From Flaccisagitta enflata (lineage: Eukaryota), in NCBI GenBank assembly GCA_965153355.1, contig OZ231126.1, positions 19,902,001 to 19,966,000 on the forward strand: DNA of 64,000 nt, written 5' to 3'. Position 1 is the first letter of the stretch. Every line of letters begins with the position of its first letter. The notes below the pieces were generated by a model. The model did not search any database. It was not told the origin of the DNA and saw only the letters and a list, made by a program, of their open reading frames with translations. The position numbers and the translations under genes are program-made. Shown piece by piece: positions 12,473 to 26,096 of the stretch.

Positions 12473-13469
12473 GTGTCCAAGAGAGAGGTCGTCTAATCTG
12501 AGAAGGTGAGGTGAGTTAACGACCCAGAGGTGAGTTAATGGTGATTTTTGTCGGCATCTAATGGACGATTTTTGTCGCCAGTGGTAAGAATTGGATGGAG
12601 GAGGAGGAGGAGGAGGAGGAGGAGGAGGAGGAGGAGGAGGAGGAGGAGGAGGAGGAGGAGGAGGAGGAGGCAATTCACAGACCGGAAGTGACGCCGGTGT
12701 GGCGCAAGACATCACGCCGGAATTGAAGATGTCACTACGACGAGGAGGAGGAGGAGGAGATAAAGAGGAAGAGGAGCAGAATAAGTGGAGGCCCGAAAAG
12801 AAGAAAAGGGAACAGGACAAGTGCAGAGTTGTCACCGGGGGTCACCCATCCACCAGAAATCTCAAAAGTCAAACTGTCTCGAAGACGTTTCAACTTTTTC
12901 TTTTTCTTTTACTTTTTTTTCTCTTTTTTTTTATGTGTGTGTCTGTGTGTTGGTTCCATTGTCTTCAAGATTGGGAAAAAGAGTAAAAAGGGCTGCTTAG
13001 AAATTAGCTTTAAAGCAGTTGCGCCTTTTGTTTCACAGCTTGCACTTTTGTCTTGCCTTTCTCTCTGATTTTGTGATGCGTCTTATTCTACCACTCTATC
13101 CGTCTGTTAGTCTGTTTGTTAGTCTGTTTCGGCTCTGAATGCCGGATTTTCGGTAGGACTCCCTCTTTCTGTCCTTCTGCCTTTTGGTCATCATCATCCT
13201 GTTTATTGTCCTCTGTTTCTCTCTCTAAGTCACTGTTTTACTTTATGTTTCCATTGATCCATTCTTCAGTTCTAAGGTTTTGTGTCATAATGTAACAGAT
13301 CAACCATTAACTCTACTACCCGTCGTTGCCCGTGTTAGAGTGATCACTCACCTCCACGTCTCTGATCCTGATCCTTATCTTGTCCCATTCTCGGCTCCAA
13401 AAAACGATGCTGTAAAACTGCGTCCAGAAATGTTGCAATGACGAGTCAAAGGTCTTTCCACTTCCTTGA

Positions 13470-13528
<59 letters not shown>

Positions 13529-13544
13529 AGAGAGAGAGATACTA

Positions 13545-14310
13545 CAGTATGATTTTTTTCAAATGTAACATAAGATGAGAACATTATGCAAAAACTAGAA
13601 GAGCTAGCCAAATTCTGAAAGAAGCTCTTAGAAGATGAGAGTTTGCAGTTATTTGCAAAAAGATTCTAAGGGTTTTTTGAAAAAAAATTTGATATTTATC
13701 TTACTTTGTTAATTGGGATTGAAATTTAGAAATGTGGAAAAATGGAAAAGATTGATGAAATATTGGCTGAACTATTTTTCTTTAAATTGCTCTCATTTCC
13801 AAACGGTTTGAGCTACAGATGCCAGATTGGTCCCAAATGAAAGCTATTTTGAAGTACTTTTTGGGAAAAACTCAATAGACAGACTTTTTTTGAGTTTTGA
13901 ATGCATTTGGTTAACTGAAAGTCAATTCTGCAAACAATTTTTCCTGAAACAACAAAATCGTTTATGTTTGGCGGGATAACTCTTTGAAAATATCGCTGTC
14001 TTTGTTTTTCTCCTAAAACTACATCAAAATATCTTTCATTTGAGACCAATCTGGGGTCCGTAGCTCAAACCGCTCAGAAATGGAAGCGATTTACAGAAAG
14101 ACAATCACAATAAAACAACCTTTTTTGGCAGAATCTGCCCTTCCATTCACATGCGTTAATCAGATCAAAATAACAGAAAAAGTCCTTGGGATTTACCATC
14201 AAAAATCTGCAAACTCATATCTTCCAAGTGTTTTTTTCAGATTATAGCTAGCTCTTCTATTTTTTGTGCTATGTTATCATCTTATGTTACAGTTCAGAAA
14301 AATCATACTG
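13545..14310. mobile_element. TA-flanked palindromic MITE (CAGT ends, Tc1/mariner/pogo-like)
   Basis: ~110-bp imperfect TIRs starting CAGTATGATTTTT / AAAAATCATACTG, TA on both sides. A second inverted pair lies internally (~13790-13857 vs ~14018-14090). Confidence 0.85.
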
Positions 14311-14780
14311 TAGCACTGCAAATCCGGTCCTCCGTTTGCCGTTGTGCGCAGAAGAAGAACCTGTCGTCCCTTTTTTGCATAGAAATTCCTCTCAATGAGA
14401 GCCAGGCGCCAAGGGAGCTCTCTCCATGGGCGACCCTCTGGGGGAATGCCATTCCATCTTTTATGAGCCGAGTAGGTACAGAAAGAGCGAGTGAAGGGGG
14501 AAATGAGGGGGTGAGTGGGCGAGGACTGGGGCGAGAGAACGGAAGAGTGTGCGAAGGTAAGGACACAGGAAAGATGATCAGGTGGAAAATTGGGTGGGGA
14601 TTGGTGTAAGAGGCTGGTAGAGAGATGCATGTATTTGGACATCATTATTGTTGTTAGTAGAAAGCTAAGATTTTGATTTGGGTAGAGGGAGGATGACAAA
14701 GCCCCCTCTCCCCACTGAAAAAGAGCGATATCAATGCCAAAGTCATGCGTAGAAAGTAAATACGGTTTCTTTGCTACGTG

Positions 14781-15013
14781 TTTCTTTGCTACGCGACTCT
14801 ACACCCCGCTTTGTAGGTCCGTCCGTCGGTCCGTTGGTCCGTTGGTCAGTTGGTCCGTCGGTCCGTCGGTCCGTCGGTCCGTCCGTCACACTTTACTTTT
14901 TTGGGTTTTTGCGGTCTATGGCCTTACTGCTCCTGCCCAAGTGATCAAGTGATCTCAAATACGGCCCCTGCCCACCCGCACGCGACTTCGGTAGCCGTGT
15001 ATCCGGCCTTGTT
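14781..15013 (+). mobile_element. HINE/DINE-1-like element (family A)
   Basis: CGCGACTCTAC, (GGTCCGTC)n, 3' GCACGCGACT plus GCCGTGTATCCGGCCTTGTT. The 5' end is altered by a short local duplication. Confidence 0.8.
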
Positions 15014-16183
15014 TTTCAGTGAAACTCAAAGGAATTTCCATGGCAGCGAGTGGACTTTTTTTTTGTTTGAGCGAAGTCTTAAAGAACTTGAGATAAAACG
15101 ATCAAAAAAAGTAATTCGTGATGGCGGTGATGCTGCAAGATCCACTATCATTGTCACATTCATGTCGCATTATGACGCCGAATGACTGTTTACCAATTTC
15201 TACCTCCCCTCAATGACCAATTGAAAATTCTAAATGACAACTACACTAATTAACAAGCAGATTAGCGAGCTAGGTAACAAGCTAAATAACTACTCTACAC
15301 AAGCACGGAGGCGTCTGAGACTAAACCCCCTGACGATCAATAACCGCATTTCCAGTCAAGCTTAACGGCGCGTTGCCACACATTCAACAAAACATCAAAT
15401 GCCAAAAAGCCACCACTCTTCGAAAACATAAAAAATCCTTTCGTTGTCTCAAATCCTCGCCGTAAATCGATTTTTTGTTTGAATCGATTTTCTTCTTTCA
15501 TTGTTCTTCTTTTTTTTCTGTCGTCGTTTTATGCGTTTGTTTTAGAAGCATAAAAGCGAAAAGTGGCATAGAAATAAAAGCGGCTATCGCTTGTGTGGAA
15601 GTCATGACGCGGAACTCGCCGCCCGTCAAAGTCGTTTATCTCTCAGTCACTCTTTTTTTTCCTTATCTCTTTTTGTTCTTTTTTTTATTTGTAAATGTTT
15701 GTTTTCGATGATATTATAAATCTTACATAGCACCGCACCGTAATTTCAGGTCGCTGTGTTTCAACGTAATGGAGGAAAATTTGGTTCATGATGTCTCAAG
15801 CCTTATTGACCCTTTCTTTGGAATGACACTGGTATTTTCTATTCTCACGGTTCTCAAAAAATATCTCAGTTGATCACTTAACACAAAATGCAATGATACC
15901 ACTTTAAACTATTGCTAATAGAAATAGGTTCTGTCAAAACGAAAAAAAAAAAAAAGAAAAAAAATCTCACGTTTTTTAAAGATTAGAAAAACATTTTCAG
16001 TTGAAACCCATAAGCTAAATCATAAGGAACAGGAAAAGTGAAGGAGAGAGAGGGAGAAAAAAACGAGACTCGCATCCCAAAAGACAAATCCTGCGGGTTT
16101 GCGGTCGAAAATGGAAGGAAAAAGTGTCCCATGGGAGAAAGACGCACTCCGTGTGGTCACGTGACTTGGGCCTCGAAAGGAGC

Positions 16184-16412
<229 letters not shown>

Positions 16413-16973
16413 AGTGAATAAAAAGAGCGACAGAGGAGGATCTGAATGTGTAATTGCAGAGAAGATAAAGAATGGTCAAAAAACTGAAGAAAATCCGTCT
16501 GCGGAATAGTCAATTGACAGAATGAGTCAGAAGGATTGATAGAATGAAAATTTGAAAAAAAGGAAGAGAAAGAAAGAGATAGAAAAAGAGAGAGAAGGAA
16601 AGAAACAGAAAAAGAAACAGAAAAATGAAACAGAAAAAGAAAGAGAAGGAAAAAAACAGAAAAAGAAAGAGAAGGAAAAAAAACAGAAAAAGAAAGACAA
16701 AGATAGCCTGAGAGCAAAAGGGAGACAGCCGGGGAGAAAAAGGGAGAGAGCCAGACAGCAAAAGGGAGAGAGCCTGAGATCGAAAGGGAGAGAGCCAGAG
16801 AGCAAAAGGGGAGAGCCAGAGAGCAAAAGGGATAGAGCCAGAGAGCAAAAGGGAGAGAGTCAGGGAGAGACGTTTGACTCCCGCATGATCCCAAATGATG
16901 GAATAATCGGAGAGGACGGGACCTCAGAGACCAAAAGGAGAAGAGCCTTGGGTGTAATGAAGCTTAAGAAGGA

Positions 16974-17170
<197 letters not shown>

Positions 17171-17352
17171 GTGGGTGGGGGGAATTGCGCATCGCTTAGG
17201 CGAAAGCAAAGGGTGGAAGGAGATGAGTCAAGAGAGAGAATGAAGAAGTTCTTCACCCAACCTTCACCCTGCATTGAATTTAGAATAGTGAGCTTGAGTG
17301 GGGGGCGGGATGAGACTTTTCATAAGGCTAGACTCACGGCACTAAAAAAGGG

Positions 17353-17443
<91 letters not shown>

Positions 17444-17680
17444 TAAGCCTCAGAGACAGAATCGCGGTCATAACGATGTTGCTCGCCCGGTCTCTTAGGC
17501 AATGATAACACCCTCGACTTCATCATCCTTCAGTAACTCAATCTCATTCTACTCTCTCTCTCTCTCTCTCTCTCTAATCTTATTTTGTCAAATATCTAGT
17601 CCCAGGAGAAAAACACACAAGCTCACCCATCTCCCAAACAGTTGAACCCCGCTCTAACGGATTTCAAAGGACCAATGATT

Positions 17681-17841
17681 TTTAGTCGCGGACACGCGAC
17701 TCTACACCTTGCCGTGCCGGTATGTCGGTAGGTCGGTCCGTCGGTCCGTCGGTCCGTCACATTTTTGAATTCCGAGCGGTCTTCGCAATACTGCTCCTGC
17801 CCAACCGTCCGCGACTGGATTGCCGTGTATCCGGCCTTGTT
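17681..17841 (+). mobile_element. HINE/DINE-1-like element (family A), intact
   Basis: AGTCGCGGAC-ACGCGACT 5' hairpin, GTCG/GTCC microsatellite, 3' subTIR GTCCGCGACT, GCCG-TGTATC-CGGC stem-loop, T-rich flanks. Confidence 0.85.
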
Positions 17842-17933
17842 TTCCATTTCACGCGGATTTTGTTATTGCCAACATAGAAAAGAAAGAAATCAACTTGAAT
17901 GGACCATGAATTTGTATCTGTTATAAGCGGTTC

Positions 17934-17978
<45 letters not shown>

Positions 17979-18124
17979 ATATATGCACTCACCCGAGCGT
18001 CTAGTAGTCAGTCACATGGGCGGCGTTTTCTCATTATGGCGAATTCTTGGGATACGCCCTTTGCCTTTGAGACGCCTTCATCTCTTCATCCCGTCCCGAA
18101 GATGGGGCAACGCCCAAATCCTTT

Positions 18125-18605
18125 CACGCGCACCCACCGCAATCAGCCAGAGTGAGAAAGAGAAAGTAAGGCTTAACTGGCTCTACGATCTTCTGCAGTA
18201 ATCAGCCTTAGTGAGACAGGGAAAGCGAGGCTCACATGCTTTCAGACGCACCCACCGCAATCAGCCAGAGTGAGAAAGGGAAAGTAAGGCTCAACTGGCT
18301 CTACAATCTTCCACCGCAATCAGCCTGAGTGAGAAAGGCAAAGGTAGACTCAACTGGCTCTACTATCTTCCACCGCAATCAGCCAGAGTGAGAAAGTAAA
18401 AGTAAAACTCTACTTGCTGTACGATATTCCACCGCAGGAAAGGGAAAGTAAGGCTCAACTGCTTTTAGACGCACCCACCACAATCAGCCCGAGTGTGAAA
18501 GGAAAAGTAAAACTAAAACTACTGACTCTGTGATCGTCTACCCCAATCAGTCCGAGCGAGGAAAAGAAAGTAAGGCTTAACTGCTTTTGAACGCACCCAC
18601 CGCAA
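18125..18605. repeat. ~58-bp diverged minisatellite
   Basis: Recurring CACCGCAATCAGCCAGAGTGAGAAAG.GAAAGTAAGGCTCAACTG units, about 8 copies. Confidence 0.8.
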
Positions 18606-19382
18606 AGAGATGGGAGAAAGGAAGAAGAATAACGGTAGATTTAAGAATTAACCTTCAAGAGAATGTCAATTCTGAGAGTCCAAATCTTTTTTGCATAAAG
18701 TAGAAAGTGAATAAAGCTACCGTGTGTAAATCAGTCTGAGAAGATTTTTCTTATGAATTTAAGTTAGAACTATGAAATTTGATGGCCGAATGAATATGTT
18801 TGTTTGAATATCACAGTGGCTCATCAGAATACTCACGTGTGCTTAACATAGCTTTTATTTAACAAGACGTTTTTGTCAATTCTGTCCATACTTAGATAAA
18901 GATTTCATCTATTTTGATGCCAAAACAAAAGACAATAGAATTAAGGATTCATAAATTGTTTGCATGGGGATTTTCGACATCTTAAAATATCGGCCATGAA
19001 CTCTACCACCGCGAATGAAGAGGTGAGCCTCAGCAGATGGAAACATGTCCTTTCTGATGTAACCCTTCTATAGGTGATTATATCCAGTTTAGCTACTCCT
19101 GACCGAATTCACCTTACTTCTTACTACATGAGACAAGCTTCCGACGGCGATGAAGATCTTCCAGCAGCCGCCCCGAATACAATTTCCATAAAGTTCCATG
19201 AGACCGTTGCTACCAACGCCACCAACGCCACCAACGCCACCAACGCCTCTTCTGCCCATCCAGCCTCCACCACCATTTTCAAAGTGATGGGTGCGACTCA
19301 AAAGCCTCAAGCACATTACGATATTTTGCATAATTGAGTCTCCTGGAACGAGGGTATATATATGGGAGGCGGTACTGAAAAA

Positions 19383-19422
<40 letters not shown>

Positions 19423-20433
19423 CATTTCTGATATATCCTCTCACACCCATAGCGCATCGGCCAAAAAGGAGAGAGAGAGACAGAGGATAGTGATCTTTCG
19501 ACACCACAGATATGGCAATTTCGCTAAAGAGCACCAACTACATTAACACTTGGGCGTCCTCAATGACTGCGGCCATCCAATGGGGTGAAGCCAAGGAGGA
19601 GCGGAGGCAAAGAAGAGGAGCAAAGGGTTGAGAGCCGGGTCACTGGATGGGGTGAAGCCAAGGAGGAGTGGAGGCAAAGAAGAGGAGCAAAGGGCTTGGA
19701 GCCGGGTCACTGGATGGGGTGACGAAAGGGTCACACTGAGGAAAGGAAAAAAGAAAAAGAAAAGTAGGATGGAAAAATATGGTTTTGAAGAAGTGGCTTT
19801 GCTTGGACTATAAAGAGAAGAGTATGGGTGAAACTGAAAGTATCGCATGCCTAGTAAAGGAATTGGTATGCACTATAGAAAGAAGGTTCTTTATTTGTTG
19901 TTGTTTCGTTTATTCACCTGGTCAAGACATCATTTCTATGAAGATAGACCAGAGAAAAATACTTTCAATATGCAGAGAGTAACTTATATGGGAGAGAATG
20001 GAAGACAAGGTCGAGAGATAATGATGCAAAAAGAAGGATATTTCCAGATTTGAGTGATGGGAGAGAAGACAGAAGTGGAGTGGACGGGCTTTCAAGTAAC
20101 GCCTTTTTAGCCTCTTTTTGTAACGAGTTCGCCCCATGGTCACTGTCTTTCGTTGTCTATCTCTGTCTCTAAGTCTTTTTCGCTCTCTCTGTTTCTGTCT
20201 ATGTCTCTCTCTATGCTATGTCTCTGTCTCTGTCTCTAACTCTTTCCTTTCGCACACCTCAGTTTTCACAGAAATAGAGAAAGAGAAAGAGAAAGAGAAA
20301 ATCGCGGTTAATCTACAAAATGGAACCAAGAGATGATTCATCACAGTCATGGCAATTCTCCGTCTTCTCATTAACTCACAACTTACTTCTTCATCTCTCT
20401 CTCTCTCTCTCTCTCTCTTTCTCATATCTACAG

Positions 20434-20573
20434 GTTCACAACGATCAGCTTCCTTTCAAATGTGACTATTGTCATCGTCTATTTAAACATAAACGGTCAC
20501 GAGATCGTCACGTCAAACTTCACACCGGAGACAAGAAGTACAAATGTCCTCATTGTGACGCCGCTTTCTCAAG
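20434..20573 (+). CDS. Oaz/ZNF423: Internal coding exon of a ZNF423/ZNF521 (Oaz)-family C2H2 zinc-finger transcription factor
   Basis: Translates to [47 protein letters not shown]. This has a C-x2-C...H-x3-H finger, a TGDKKY linker and the start of the next finger, and closely resembles the ZNF423/521 motif [28 protein letters not shown] (recalled, not searched). It is preceded by a (CT)n pyrimidine tract plus CAG (20431-20433) and followed by GTAAGT (20574). Phase 0 start, phase 2 end. Confidence 0.92.
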
Positions 20574-21650
20574 GTAAGTCTTGCAAAACATTTATAATTT
20601 CTTCATCATATCTCAATTGTTTATTCATGTTTAGATAATTGTTTATGGCTTTTTTCGGTCAGACAAGGAGAGGTCAAAATCGTTGAAGTAGGACATTTTC
20701 TATTTATAGATAAACAAGTTTTCTTTGATAATAGCTTTCTTCTTTTCGATTAAAATTTGGTAGCAAATCTTAAATCTAAGAAGATAGGAAATGCACGCTT
20801 GTAGTAATAAGAAGAGGTGTAAACGAATCGAATTGACTTCTCCTGTCTTTACTATCACATACCGGTGAGCAAAGTTTGGACATTGATCGCCACCCATGCA
20901 GTACCTCTATTGGGTGGTTATCTTATTAACCAACAAAAAGTTACTAGAGTATTGAAGGAAATCAAACATCAAGACAAAGTGGGGAAACAAGAAGGAATGA
21001 AAAAAGAAAAAAAGAAGGCAAACAAGGAAAAAAATAGAGAAAGGGAGCTGTTTGCGGAAGTTGTTTACGAATGGGACTTTATGAGAGTGGGCTTGTTTGC
21101 GGAAGGGAAGACGGGAGACGGCGGGGGTCGAGACCAATAAAGGCGAAAACGACCGCGACGCTTATTTGCAAACATCCACGGGGAGATAAAAGAGAAAGAG
21201 AGACAGAGACAGAGACAGAGACAGGGACAGAGACAAAGAAAGTGAAAAAGTGACAGAGATAGGGACGAGGAAAGACTGAAACATAGGGGGGAAAAGACAC
21301 AGAATAAGGGAAAGGACGTGAAGCCAATAGGCATGGATGCGTTCGTGTGATCTTGAACAGACAAATAATTGATCTTTTCAAACCCTCCCTTCATTTTCTG
21401 AAAGAAAAAAAACCTCACAACCCATGTTGATAGTAAAAATGCAGAAATTACCGTTTACTCACTGATCACCGATTCTTGTAGATGTTCATTAACAACGTAT
21501 GTTATGGAAGGGTTTGGTCGTAGACAAGGACACAAAGGTTGAGTGAATTCCATAATCAATCACATCATTTGAAAAAAATAATTCCTAGTCTGAATTCATT
21601 TTCATTTCATTTCACAAGAACGAACGCATCTTTGCCTTTTTCATGGCCGA

Positions 21651-21896
21651 TTTTTAGTTGCGGATACGCAACTGCATAAGAGGCTTTGTCCATCCGTTGG
21701 TCCATTGGTCCATTGATCCATTGGTCCATTGGTCCATTGGTCTGTTGGTGCATGAGCACGAGCCAAAAAGTTGGAAAACGAACGTTTTGGATGCTTTTTT
21801 GTGCATGCGTGTATATGTAGGGCTTGGGGTGAGGATGGGCGTTGGATACCACTACCCACCCGTCCGCAACGATATTGTAACTCCGCGTCACTTGTT
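21651..21896 (+). mobile_element. HINE/DINE-1-like element (family A, GTGAC-hairpin subfamily)
   Basis: AGTTGCGGATACGCAACT hairpin, (GTCCATTG)n, GTCCGCAAC 3' subTIR, GTCACTTGTT end. Confidence 0.8.
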
Positions 21897-22425
21897 TTTT
21901 AACCTATCGGAACCCCATGCCATCGTCGCGTTGGTAGATGTAAACGACGCCGCGAGTTTGAATCGGCGCTCAAATGACGTCTTGAGGCCGCGCGCGAGAG
22001 GCGGCACGCGAGGTTTGAAACACGGCGCGCAGGCGCCTCCTAGGGCGCCGAGATTAAAGGCGGCGGAAGACAAAGGAGGCGTTGTTGTTTGCAGATGTCG
22101 CCTTTTATCACCCGTAATTCTTAAGTGGGGGGTGAATGTGGGGGTAAAAATGGGGGTGAAAATGGGGGTGATATTGATGGCGGTGTTGTGGGTGATGCGG
22201 CCGTGATTGTGTTAGTGATGAAGATGATGTCGGTGATGGCACTGGTGGTGATGACAATAAGGGCGATGACGCCGCCATCTTGGATTTCACATAGATGGAA
22301 ACAAGGGATTTGTTTACTTTTGAACTGAAAAGAGGGTGAAGGAAGTCAAGGGAAAATAAAGGATGGTTTGGAGGAAGAATAGATTCAGACAAAGAGGAGG
22401 CATGATGATTGGTGAGACAAACAGG

Positions 22426-22574
22426 AACAAGGCCGGATACACGGCAGGACAGTCGCGGACGGTTGGGCAGGAGCAGATAAGTGAAAACCGCCCGGAATTC
22501 AAAAATGTGACGGACGGACCGACGGACCTACCGACCGACATGGCAAGGTGTAGAGTCGCGTGTCCGCGACTAAA
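22426..22574 (-). mobile_element. HINE/DINE-1-like element (family A), intact
   Basis: Its reverse complement aligns nearly end-to-end with 17681-17841. Confidence 0.85.
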
Positions 22575-22864
22575 AAAAGAAGAGGGACCAATAAAAACGT
22601 GCAAAAAGAATATAAAAAAAAGTGCAACAAAGTGCAACAAAGGCAAAGGAGAAATGGCATGAAAAGCCGCCCCCAGATTTATGCTAGACAAACGACAACT
22701 GACAGCAGATTGTCACGAGGAGGCCTTCCTCCTTTCGCTTCCTCCTCTCCTCCTCTTCCTCCCCTGCCTCATCATCTTCTCCTCCGCCTCCACCTCTTCC
22801 TCCTCGAAAAAATGGGTTTCTCAATCACTTTCGCGCCCTTGGAGGCTGACCACCGTCATTTGCC

Positions 22865-22984
<120 letters not shown>

Positions 22985-22986
22985 CA

Positions 22987-23124
<138 letters not shown>

Positions 23125-24436
23125 GGCAAAGAGAAACAGAAAGAGTCGCAGGGATACCGAACACAGAAAAAAACTAGACCCTAGACAGACAGGGGGACAG
23201 CATAAAGAGACACAGAGAGAAAATTACAGAGAGGCAAAGAAACAAAAGGGAACAGGGGATGGGAGAAAGAGAAATAGGGTGAGTTCAGAGGAGACAAATG
23301 ACGTAGAGAAAAGAAGCGCCAGAGACTAGGAGATGAAACAGAAAAAAAAAACCGATTTGAAACGAGGTTCCAACCACTACAAAGGAAATATAAATGCGGC
23401 AAAGTGACAGAAACAGACAAGCAGACGCGACTTTGAATCTCTGGAGGGATTAAAGCGAAGAAGAGGAGAAAGCAATTCCACTGGGAATCAAAAGTATTTC
23501 AAAGACGAGTGAAAAAACAACAACTTGTTCCACTTTTTCTACTTCTCTTTCATTCTTTTTCATTTCATTCTTAATTCAGATATTCCTCATGTCCTCATGT
23601 AGTTTGTCTCATTCTTTCTCTCTCTCTAATTTGTCTTGTTTGTATTCATTTCCTACTGTCATGTTTTTTCTTTTCAGATACTTCGGCAAGGCTGCAACCC
23701 GAATGGTTATATGCTAATGCGTTTTGCATGTTGCAGTTAGAACGTGCTTGATAAGCCATCATTTAGGTAGCTCCATTTCATATAAAGCATAGTTTATACA
23801 GATGTACGCGTACTTCTCTCTGTTTGCATACATGATTGGATATGGTTTTTATTTCTTTTTTGATTTTGTTAAGTTCATATAGCATAAATTGTACTATTTT
23901 CGAGCCTTTGGATACATTCATTTTTCTAATATCATCAATCGCGACGAATATGTCATCAAAGTAGGCGATAATGTGTTCATATGTTTTTATGCGAGTTCAT
24001 GGTGCACCGAATGTGTCCAGTTGATGTTCTCGCATTTCTGAATGAAAAAGATATGGTAGGCAATCCGTGGGAATTAATACGCTTGTTCTAGTTTTCTTCT
24101 TCTTCTTCTTCCTCCTCCTCTTCTTCTTCTTCTTCTTCTTCTTCTTCTTCTTCTTCTTCTTCTTCTTCTTCTTCTTCTTCTTCTTCTTCTTCTTCTTCTT
24201 CTTCTTCTTCGTCTTCTTTTTCTGCTTCTTCTGCTGCTGCTTTTTCTTCTTCTTCTTCTTCTTCTTCTTCTTCTTCTTCTTCTTCTTCTTCTTCTTCTTC
24301 TTCTTCTTCTTCATTTTCACGCCTCTTTGCATGCACCTGTCTTTTCCCATGGCCACTGGAGAAATATCTTAACGTTGGCGCTCGTGTGAGCCGATGCCAT
24401 GCCTGTGACTACGCTCTCTGTGGCCTATCCCTTGAC

Positions 24437-24500
<64 letters not shown>

Positions 24501-25458
24501 TTACCTTAGAGAATTTATTTGAAAGAGAAGGAAGAATGTATATGCTAACATAGTGTGTTATGAACTCCCCACCCGAGGCTTGAGATAGTGTGGATCCTAG
24601 TATGCCACTAAATAGGAAAGCTTTGCTCTTGCTTTTCCCTGAATTCAGTCATGTGCACGCGACACAATTAGTTTATCGGTCAATTTGTCTTTCATGCAGA
24701 TTGTTAGTGTTTTCTTGATAAAACGGCGCCCAACTCGCCATAACGCCAAGAAAAAAAGTCGTCAATGCGTCATTTTGTCGGCGTTTGTTCGCCATCTTTT
24801 GGTCGTTTTCATTCGCGTCAAACTGACCGGAAGTAGGAGTTGGCGTTGGTGTTTACGCAGTTTGGTGGCGTCACATGAAACTCATCTCGTGAATGAGTAG
24901 TGACCAAATTTTCAGTTGAGGACAGTATCTTCGTAATACCGCGTGATGCCGCACCCAGCATGGTGTAAATTTGTTTCTCATAACTATATGAGGGTGCTCA
25001 CTGCTTAGTTATTATCAAATCCAAGCAACACAAAACCAAACAACAAAAAGCATTAGACCCAAACTGAAAATACGAGGGTAATGCGTGAGTAACTCGCAAA
25101 TGGGGAGGAAAAGAGTTTAGATAGACGATGTGGATTGCGCCCCTCCCTCCCAGACTCATTTTCGTCATCATCATCATCATCATGAACGTCGTATGGCATC
25201 ATCAACGTCATCATCAGTACCATCAAAAGCCACCCTCACGAACGTAAAAAAAATAGTCCAAAGAATCTACTCACGCGTATATTTGTCGCCCCCACACACG
25301 AGCCTCTGACTGTCTCTGACTGTCTCTCTCCCTCCTTCTGTTTCTGTTTCTGTCTTAGACTATATCGCTGTTCCTGTATTCTTCCATGTCTCTGTCTTTG
25401 TCTCTGACTCCTACTGTTCCTTTCACTCTCTCTTTCACTCTCTGTCTGTCTCTCTGTC

Positions 25459-25596
<138 letters not shown>

Positions 25597-25857
25597 ATAT
25601 TCTCTTGCCGTGAAGTCTACTACGTCCTTCATTACCCTTTTGAGCCCCGTTACTCGAGCGCACAGGCAGCCAGAGGGCGCATGAGGAGTAGGAGTAAGAA
25701 GGGTGTGAAGGAGAAGAAGGAGGAGGATGAGGAGGAAGATGAGGAAGTGGACAGAGGGCGTGGCAAGAGGAAGTGCATGAGACACGCGAGGGCGCCCTTG
25801 ATGACGTAGCCCTGGACGAGAGTTTTGATTGCTCCTCGTTACGGCGGCGTAGAAGTC

Positions 25858-26096
<239 letters not shown>

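Noticed and set aside
20320..20433. N-terminal part of the 85-aa ORF containing the zinc finger
   Set aside because: It is intron sequence (CT tract and acceptor) read through. Real coding begins at 20434 and the ORF's stop lies in the donor GTAAGT.
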